From assembly GCF_000150275.1 (NCBI RefSeq), contig NW_002060943.1:1540832-1604831 (forward strand): a DNA stretch of 64,000 nucleotides. Direction: 5' to 3'. Made by a program: the position numbers and the translations under genes. Numbering within the stretch: position 1 is the stretch's first letter; every line of letters starts with the position of its first letter. Positions 54,786-64,000 of the stretch are shown piece after piece. The notes under the pieces are model-generated. The model saw only the letters and a list, made by a program, of their open reading frames with translations, was not told where the DNA came from and searched no databases. Source of the DNA: Trichoplax adhaerens (taxonomy: Eukaryota; Animalia; Placozoa).

Positions 54786-57700
54786 TTTTAATGCCAGGAT
54801 CTCTTTTAGGAGCTGCTTTCACTCGCTTTCATTATTATTAATCTGATAATTATTACACCATAAATATACTAATGCATAGAGTGCCTTCTCTGGTAACATA
54901 TTGAGCTTAAGTAACATCGATTAATCGTTATTGTAATCCAATTTTGACGTTTTATCAGATGAACTTACTCATTCAGAGTAGAATAGCGATTACAAAAGGC
55001 ATTCCTTCATTAAAAAGTAGAAATTTAATATAGAAATCATTTCAGCCAAATAAACAATTTAATTATTTCGTTTATCGTATGGATTTGATTTAATTTAATT
55101 TGGTTATACTTCCTGCGATGTGTCATTTTTTTTCTACTCTTACGATAGAAATTATAATTTTTTCCTTGCTAAATTCAGTTATTTAGACGAGTTGATGCAT
55201 ACTGTCTGCTAATCCTTGCTAATTGTACTGGTACTTAGATCATTACATAATTGTTAGCCTTTCATTGAAATGGCTATAAGCGTTTTGGACTGTCTTAATA
55301 GCTTTAATAATCGTAATTAATTGTTATGTATTATTCGCCAAAATAACGCAACGGATTTGCATTATTTATGATATGCAGTAGCTAATTTGTTTAGGATCCA
55401 TATCAGACATTTTCTGAAAAGTGTAGCACTGTATTCAGTGTTTCACTATCAGTGTCGACAATCTTTTCTATGTTCGCGTTAAACAGAGTCGCTTCTTAAA
55501 GCTGAACATCTTTTATTCTTAAACCCTGCTCGAGAAAATAAAACGCAGCTCCTTTTATAGTATTTTTTTCAACAGTGGCAATCTTAACGTGTTGTGCAAC
55601 ATACATTCAATTCACTTAAATTTTTTATATTGTGCTATGCTAATAATATTCTTCTTATCATACATAATGGCATCAACAATTATTCGGAGATAATAAGCAG
55701 CAGTCCTACATTACGGTGTAATACTAAAATACATACTTCGAAAAGTAATGTACTTTATCATCATGATTAAGTTAAGTTAATGGCTAAAGCATGAAATTTG
55801 ATACATTGCTTTTCTGCATATAATCATAAGTAATTTTGCAGTAAGTAGTTGATAAATAAATACTTTAGATAAATTCTATTGTAATATACGATCAAATTTC
55901 AGGACCGTTAAGCATACTCCATATTATATAGTACCCTGTTATGTCTTAGACTAGTTTAACGTAAGTCATTCAAGACAGATGTAGTATACAGTCCTGCTAG
56001 TTCTTTATGCAATAAACCACTGATACTGCAGTAAATGAAAGAGTTGTCTTTATTGTATTACTTAATATTAATTTTTAGCTAATAATTTTTCATCTCCTTT
56101 ATCATGCATAAATTTTTTACGATATGAACCAACCTGTGGAGTAAAAACAAACCAGAAATGGTAGTTTATTCGTAATCATAATGATAAACTGCCCGAAAGT
56201 GCTGCATTTATCTGCTGAAGAAGTCGTTTTCATGACTACGAGTATTTCGATCTCGAGCAAAAGCAATGTGTGCCTAGCAGCAACTATAAAATAAAATTAT
56301 TAGCATTGAAAATCGGAATTATATCCATTCGCTTACAGTCGATGTAAGCAATGCACTCTTGCATGCCTACTTTTGAATCTGGAGCTCTCAGGCGTGTATA
56401 GTTCTTATTTATAATTATCTAAACGCACAGTCTTATCGCCAATTGTATCGCTACCATCAATCTAAAGTTGATGCAATACTATGCTGTGTACAGGGTACAA
56501 AATACAGACAACACTATAATCTCGATTTGCCTAATCAACAGGATGAGAGCGGGCAGTATTGCTTAAAAATTAGGGGAAATTAATGCTAACATTAATTTTC
56601 TCTAAAAATGAAATACTCAGTATTCTTGTGATCAAACATGATTGAAATAATTCGGATAAAATTATTTATCAAATTTGTAATGCAAACGCCGATGTTGGAA
56701 AAATTAATTCATCTTACTATATTAAGAAAACTTAATATAAACAAATACCTATGAATGCAATCCTATATCTATCCTTTCCATTACAAGTGTTATGATTTAA
56801 TCGCCTTAGTGTATTATATTTAGAACCGAGAATAGCACGTAGTATTATATTCTATCTAGCAAATTTTGAATATCTGTAAAGCCTCAATCTTGATTAATAT
56901 TACGAATTTAGATTTAACCAAAACCAAGAAATAAATAATGTCTACAGGTGTAGAGAGCTGATGGTAGATATTTCTTTTTCGTTCCATCATTATATATTAA
57001 TTTTCTCGATAATGGTCAGATTACGTTAAATTGAAAGAAAGCAATACGTCCAGTTTATTATACACAAAGTATTAATTAATTAGCAGTGACTTTTCCATTG
57101 CCAACTACAATTTGACTTAATTTATATTAGAGTTTAGGTTTATATTAGAACAGTTCGTTAATGACCCTAACATGCGTATAGTTCATTTCGTTATTTTTAA
57201 AAGTAATCAATTCAATTTTGATATTAGTGACCTCATCCAATTTAACTAACTACTTCTTGTAGGCTGCATTAAGCTACATTACTTGTAGCTTACTAAAATT
57301 AGAGCATCGTAAGATCTGCTGTGTTATCATATTTATATTGCGTTATAAAATGTTAGACTGCACGTTAACTGCAAAATTTGAATTGTTTATTGCTCATCGA
57401 TATATGAGTAAATTCGTACATAAGTAGTCAAAAACTGATTCATATTCATATCTCTATCCAGTTTATTGCTATATACCTTTAACAACGCTTGTTAATGAAA
57501 ATAACAAAAATTGTAGATCATTTCCTCAAAGCTGAAGAATTTAAAGCTTGCAATCAAAATTACAACTAGAATGAGAGCTAAATTACAGTAAAGGTAAAGA
57601 TTTTATTTCATAAAAATTATTTCTCCGATAGTAAATTAAATAATAAATGAACGACTGTCACGATTAATTATATAAGACTTTTTCTCTTATACTGTAAGCT

Positions 57701-57899
57701 TATGTATCATTTATATCGTAGCTTTTATCTATCGTTGCATGTTAATAAATTTACTTACTGGTAATAATATTACTAAATCATATTTTATAGCTAAATATTA
57801 TATAATATTGTACTGTATTATTGATGAAAGTATAATGCAATCAAGGAAAAGAATTATGTTCTTAGATAAAAAAAGCGTCGAGCCATTCAAGATTCATTT

Positions 57900-60800
57900 T
57901 CAGTTATCCAGTATTTTAAAGAAATATTCAACCTGCGGTCATAACAAGGAAGTACACATGAACATTAAAAGACATCCCTTCTGTTCTATTAATCTTCAAC
58001 GTTGGTCTTCATTAATATCTATCATGTTACAATAGCACATACAATCATAAAGCATGATACTTACCTCCAGTAGGCCGTCATCCGGTAAATCACTGCAATG
58101 AACAGCGTTACGAATTTTATCTTTACCAAAACGAGCGCGCAGAGAATTGGGTCGAAGTTGGCGAGCAATTTCCTTTCAATATAGAATAGTAGCAATTAAC
58201 ATTTAGTTTTACTTTTAGCTATCAACATTTATGAACTACCGATTGCCAATAAACTTAGTTATTAATACCGGATCTGCGGGTCCACAAAATTCGCGAAAAT
58301 TTTGTGGCGCGTTATTTCCTCGAATTTCAATGGCTATACACGGACCGGATGAAAATTCGGATACCATTTCCTATAGTATAATTAATCACAATCAGCTATA
58401 TTCTAAAAACGTCATATGCAAGATTGCAACGGGATCAGCAAAATTACCGTATATTCAGCAACCACACCCTTGTATATTTGAAGAAGTTCCTCTGCATTAG
58501 CTCGTTCCAACGTGCACTGTTTCAAATAAATATTATAATAAATTATTTTTATGCTATTCCTGTAAAGTTATTACGGATACTTGTAATGTAAGCACATCCT
58601 ACATATTAGGTCTTACCATATACAGGCTAGAAATTTCAAAGCCTTGATCCGATATTGATCGAAGGATCTTACCAGTTAACTCTAAGAGATTTGAATTGAT
58701 ATAACAATAACGATTGCCTTAAAGCTAGTACTTAGTTTAAGTACTGTAATTCAGTACTTAAACTGCCGTTAAAATAAAGCAGTAGATACTCCGCAAAAGG
58801 TAAAAGATCATAGACGTACTTTCAGCAACAGCGCGGGGTTTAACAATCGCTAAAGTGCACTCAGTAAATTTCGCAGTGTTCCTACGTCTACCCCCATTTG
58901 TTGGAAATATAAATTCAATCTCCTGTGATTCCGCAAATATATAGTTCAACAATTTAATATCAATCACTCTTTACGGACATTAGGCTACAATAGAATTGGT
59001 AACCATCATAAATTATATAGAATACAACTACAAGAATGCAGTTTTAGCATCAACCAACCCTAGCAGCTGAGTCTGTTGAATCGGAACCATGACAAGCATT
59101 CTGAGTTCCATCTGTAGGCCAATCAGATTAACTTTGTATTAGTACTAGATTTCAATATTGGAAGACTTTTTTATACATGTCTATCCTATAACTATTCATT
59201 GCTATGGAATAATCTTAATTTATTGCAAGTTAAATAGCGCTATTATAAAAGGATGTATATCAAGTAATCGGATACAATCTATCCATGCTACAGTATACTG
59301 CAATATTATGTTATTAACAGTAATACTTATGTGTACTAATGTACGTATATTACCGGTGCCGTATCTGGCTCGAATACTGTTGGGTGCTTCTTGTCGTGCC
59401 TTTGAACTATTCGTTGGTCCTACGAAACCAACCATTGAAAGATCGATTAAATTATGAATGTTTAACACTATCAATACTTCTGATATACAATACAAACCTA
59501 GCAATTCCCTCCATCTCTTAATGGCGTTGGATCGCATTAATTCCATTCCTAAAACTGGACCGCTTGTCATAAAATCTAAAAGAGTACTATTACAGATAAA
59601 TGAAATTTTAAAATATCACTACTAATCTATGTTAGTCTAACATATAAGTTATCCAATTATATAAATAACATAGTTATAATTCACTTGTAACGTCATAACT
59701 TACTTGAAGAAGTGTTTTCCTTCGTGTTCGGAGTAAAACTCTGCTGCTTCTTTCCTATATTAAAAAATTTATCTTTTGTTTATTGTAAGGTAAAAATATT
59801 GTTTTATGACAATTATACTTAATAGTTAAAATTAATCAAACCTGGATAGCTGAATTGATTTTAAGTTACAAATTTTAAATCCATCAGCTACAATAATGTC
59901 GACAATTTCTCCTATGAATAAAGCCCAAATGGCAGGTTAAAAAACATTATACCTCTTTTACTATTGTATAGACCATATACTAATAATTGTAATATACCTA
60001 ATTTGGAGAATGCATCAGGCTTGATCATCGCATATGTTCTAATCATTCAAAATATAAAATGAAATAGATTTATTGAAAATTACTATGCAGCTTTCAACAC
60101 ATAAGCATGATCGAAATAATTACAAAGGCCTAAAGCCAAAATTAACACTCGATTACAGTACTAACATTAAAATTTGTCCTATACAAGCTACTACGTTAGA
60201 TTTGCTATCATTCTAATATATATTACCACAAAGTGCCATCATGGAGAAATTTAAACAATGATATTGATAAAATAAGCTACATGGGTATCCTAGGAGATTC
60301 AGTCGTTTATTATAAATTATCTCGACTGAATGCATACTCAATCAAAGTTGTGGTTTCGTAAAGGTGCTATTGTGTATAGCTTTCATAGAGTCATCTCAAC
60401 AAACTCTTGAAATCTTACCCCCCCCCAACTAATTACTCGACCTAATATCAGCTCGTAATAATCGATACTAAATAATAGCACGCTTGCCAAATATCATAAA
60501 TTTCGTTACCTTTCTTTAGTTGGACCAAGTTGACTCGCTGTAAAGGAATCGCCATAATCTACTATTTTTAACTGAAGAAAAGATACAACAAATTAGGATA
60601 CTGTCATAGAATTAGCTTGATACGTATACAAAATCTGATCTAGATTTACACAATAGCAAGAATGTTATTTTATTGTAACTGATTTTTCCATTGCTTACAT
60701 ACCTCTCTTGAGTATATGTTTATTAAAGCGCCGAGATGTAAGTCTTCTAGCGATAGGCTATCAACTTTAGACCGCTTAAGAAATGTTCTTTTGTTTTTAA

Positions 60801-61884
60801 TATCGTACTATAAATAAAATTATTACAGCATTATTTCCTAGCATTTTGTTTTGTGCATTTACGGTATTCGTTGCATATGGCAAACTTGATTCTCCGATGT
60901 TGCTTACCATCTCAGCGGTTGAATCTTTAGGGAAAAAAATGAGATAATATTCGCGAATCAAAGCGGCGTTAGGATCGTACCAATCGCCACGAAAGCAATA
61001 TCTGACTTCAGTTTCAGCCTGCATGATTATTAGAGAGTAGTAATAGACCATTATGTTGATGTTGCATTGCACTCCCGTTGAACATGTCAACGCATTATAC
61101 TAAGGAATCCGGAAAGAAAGAGATTACATAGTATGCTATTACGTAGCTGTAATTAAGCTATAACTTGTCTATTAATATTGTCAATAAGGTTATGCATTGA
61201 GATTCCTTTCCCTTCACGATTCTATAGCTTGAATGCAACAAGGTAGTTGAAGTTAAGCGGATAATCCAGTAGAACCGATACTATACAATATGTCATTACA
61301 GTCTTGTAAAACAGGTATACAACTGACATTTTGGCTATCGATTGGTAAACAATTCGTATCTGAGGGTTCATTAGCCATAAAACAGTCCGCATTGGGTGCT
61401 ACTGGTAGCTATTTGTATAGTAAAAGTTGTAGTATGGATGTTGTATGTATTTGTAATACACATTAGCAATGGAACAGTGATTCAACATGAAGTTTGCAAT
61501 CTATTGAAGTTGATGGGAGAAATCAATTTCTTTCAATGACTAGTGTACGCCGAAGATACTTTCCTCGATAAATCTATATGGCCATCAGTATACCTAGTAA
61601 GTACATTACATGCTGTAGACTAACATAAGCAAGAGAATAAAGAGAACTGTGATGTGGATTGATTGGTTTACGCATCGACTAAGCTACCAATTTTGAATGA
61701 AACATCTATCCTGTCATCCTGATGGTGCGAAGTATCAACATGTTGTTCACGTTGTAGCAATCATGTTTTACACCAATATTGTATACAGTTAGAGCGTCCA
61801 ATAGTTAGAGCACACAATACGACAGAGATATGGGTCTAATTGAACAGGCAGGTTGCCCCATTCTTGATGAAAGCTACTTACCAT
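57900..61884 (-). CDS. NME7: Nucleoside diphosphate kinase 7 (DM10 domain + two NDPK domains), multi-exon; start codon probably alone at the end of an upstream exon (61884-61882)
   Basis: DM10 RYCF..DWYDPNAALIREYYLIFFPKDSTAEM; TYAMIKPDA; FMTSGPV..MEL; WRELLGPTNS...[72 protein letters not shown]. aaaATG|gtaagt lies at 61884. Confidence 0.95.
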
Positions 61885-62212
61885 TTTAACTTTTACTGCA
61901 GTTGACGATTGAAAAAGATCAAGGTAATTTCCCACTGTTGAAAACAGCCAACTTTTGTTAGTGACAACCAAATCCATAGTAACGTCTACTATATATTGAG
62001 TTGCGCAGTCTACAGTGCAATACACCATCGTCTCAATCGTGCACAATCCCAGTTTCACTATGGCGATAGCCTGTGGCCTACAGTATATAGTACTGTACAT
62101 CAGACGGTCAGAGTACTGAGTCTACAGTACTTGCAGTATGAGCTGACTAGCACATCCACCGTCAAGTACTGCAGCAGTAAAATGCGTCAAATTCCATGTT
62201 TACAGTATCGAC

Positions 62213-62226
62213 GTTACCATGACGAC
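62213..62226. promoter_or_regulatory. RFX X-box-like site upstream of NME7
   Basis: GTTACCATGACGAC matches 12/14 of GTTACCATGGCAAC; extra half-sites near 61958-61983 (GTGACAAC, CATAGTAAC). Confidence 0.5.
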
Positions 62227-62727
62227 AGCCGATACAGGACAGCACACCGTGTACAGTACTACCAAGCTTCATACTGTACAGTATGTACTGTGCAGTACAG
62301 CGCGATGAACTTGGTTGGCACTAAGGAAAATAAACGGTATAGGCTAAATCAAGTCCAAAGTAGATCAAATCTTATATCGACATCCTCTTGTCTGTCCCTA
62401 TCGATTTTCAACAGGAGTGGTAACAACTTGTCACTTTCATGCCGCACAGTACTGTATGCAACTTGTAGTATCCAGTACTGTACAGTACTGTACTGTACAC
62501 TATGGCCTACAGTAGACTTCTACAGTGTACAGTGTACAGTGTACAGTATTAAGATTATCCATTTTAAGATTGTCACAGATGCCCTTTGTACAGTACTGTT
62601 TCCATATGGACTCTCCATATGGACCCTGTGCCGTAGCGGACTGACTGTTTCATACTGTACCTACACTCGTACAGTACGTACTGTACTGCATGGTGTGTGG
62701 AACATGGATTTACTACACTGTGACCAA

Positions 62728-63260
62728 NNNNNNNNNNNNNNNNNNNNNNNNNNNNNNNNNNNNNNNNNNNNNNNNNNNNNNNNNNNNNNNNNNNNNNNNN
62801 NNNNNNNNNNNNNNNNNNNNNNNNNNNNNNNNNNNNNNNNNNNNNNNNNNNNNNNNNNNNNNNNNNNNNNNNNNNNNNNNNNNNNNNNNNNNNNNNNNNN
62901 NNNNNNNNNNNNNNNNNNNNNNNNNNNNNNNNNNNNNNNNNNNNNNNNNNNNNNNNNNNNNNNNNNNNNNNNNNNNNNNNNNNNNNNNNNNNNNNNNNNN
63001 NNNNNNNNNNNNNNNNNNNNNNNNNNNNNNNNNNNNNNNNNNNNNNNNNNNNNNNNNNNNNNNNNNNNNNNNNNNNNNNNNNNNNNNNNNNNNNNNNNNN
63101 NNNNNNNNNNNNNNNNNNNNNNNNNNNNNNNNNNNNNNNNNNNNNNNNNNNNNNNNNNNNNNNNNNNNNNNNNNNNNNNNNNNNNNNNNNNNNNNNNNNN
63201 NNNNNNNNNNNNNNNNNNNNNNNNNNNNNNNNNNNNNNNNNNNNNNNNNNNNNNNNNNNN
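62728..63260. other. Assembly gap
   Basis: Run of N. Confidence 0.99.
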
Positions 63261-64000
63261 ATGTTCCTAGTTTAGTACAGTCACTATACACTCTAGATGC
63301 AGTCACAGAGGTAACAGTAAAGTCTTTTACTGTATTGTAGAGTGTAGACAGATTTATATCCATTGCACAATATTAGTACAAGACATGGCCGTTCTTCGTG
63401 ACTCCGCCTTTTCCCTCTTCAAGATACAGTATAATAATATACAGTAATACAGTACAGTACAGTAAATAAAAAATAGGCGTAAAAGGTAAATAAACAGTAT
63501 CACATACAGCACACTGTAAAGTACTGTACATCTTCTTCATCGTGGAAAGTCTTCATACTGTACTGTATAAAAATGTACAGTACAGGAGTCCTGTTCATAC
63601 AGTACAATGTACTGTATACTGGACTGTTCCGTACTGTATTGTACAATATTCTAACCATATTGTACTGTACAGTACAGTACAGTATACTGTAGTGTACCGT
63701 TAGACCTGACAGTACCGTACAGTATATTATTGCATATATAACTTTCCATGCGGTAAATCGAACTTTGACCCATGCATGACCTCCGGCCTGTCCTCTTGCT
63801 ATTCAAAGTTAAACTTAAAAATTAACAAAGCGTCAGAGAGTTTTACTACCGTATTCAACGTTGTGCATTGCTATTAAACGTACCCTTAAATTCATATTCA
63901 ATATGGCTTAAACTGAATTGCCATAACAAATGCTGATTAACGAATTCATTATTATTATGAAGTACAGTACTGTATATAATATAATATACTACTGTGTATA

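Larger units (their letters stand above)
62030..63975. repeat. Low-complexity TACAG/TACTG-rich region flanking an assembly gap
   Basis: Dense runs such as cagtactgtacagtactgtactgtacac and tacagtacagtacagta on both sides of the N run. Confidence 0.8.

Noticed and set aside
56060-56400. Possible small spliced minus-strand ORF downstream of NME7
   Set aside because: All frame combinations stop within ~20-30 codons and lack signal or family motifs.
61996-63363. Long ORFs of 424 and 216 aa in the ORF track
   Set aside because: Artefacts of the N run and TACAG low-complexity sequence (YSTV/YCT-rich).

Overview
AT-rich eukaryotic genomic DNA with compact, short-intron metazoan genes. The architecture suggests an early-branching animal such as the placozoan Trichoplax (inference, not proven). 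Manual splicing gives these housekeeping or ciliary genes: SLC35A3-like transporter (+), PFDN2 (-), PROSER3-like (+), NDUFS2 (+), a divergent HAX1/MLF-like gene (+), ASCC1 (-), a PA-TM-RING ligase of the RNF13/RNF167 type (+), two tandem profilins (+) and NME7 (-). The most interesting item is largely missed by the ORF track: a small spliced gene (16186-17348) for a 68-aa secreted prepropeptide with signal peptide, RR cleavage site and a 36-aa six-cysteine knottin-like mature peptide. Its intron holds four decayed ~189-bp exon-like cassettes. Also notable are a divergent second profilin whose 3' flank remains alignable to the first, a 161-bp tandem array that parses as an 81-nt symmetric exon plus an 80-nt GT-AG intron, a ~300-bp dispersed element in two promoters, X-box-like sites before ciliary genes, and a TACAGTA/TACTGTA motif concentrated at gene 5' ends. 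There are two assembly gaps (13317-13366, 62728-63260). All alignments and identities are by-eye estimates.
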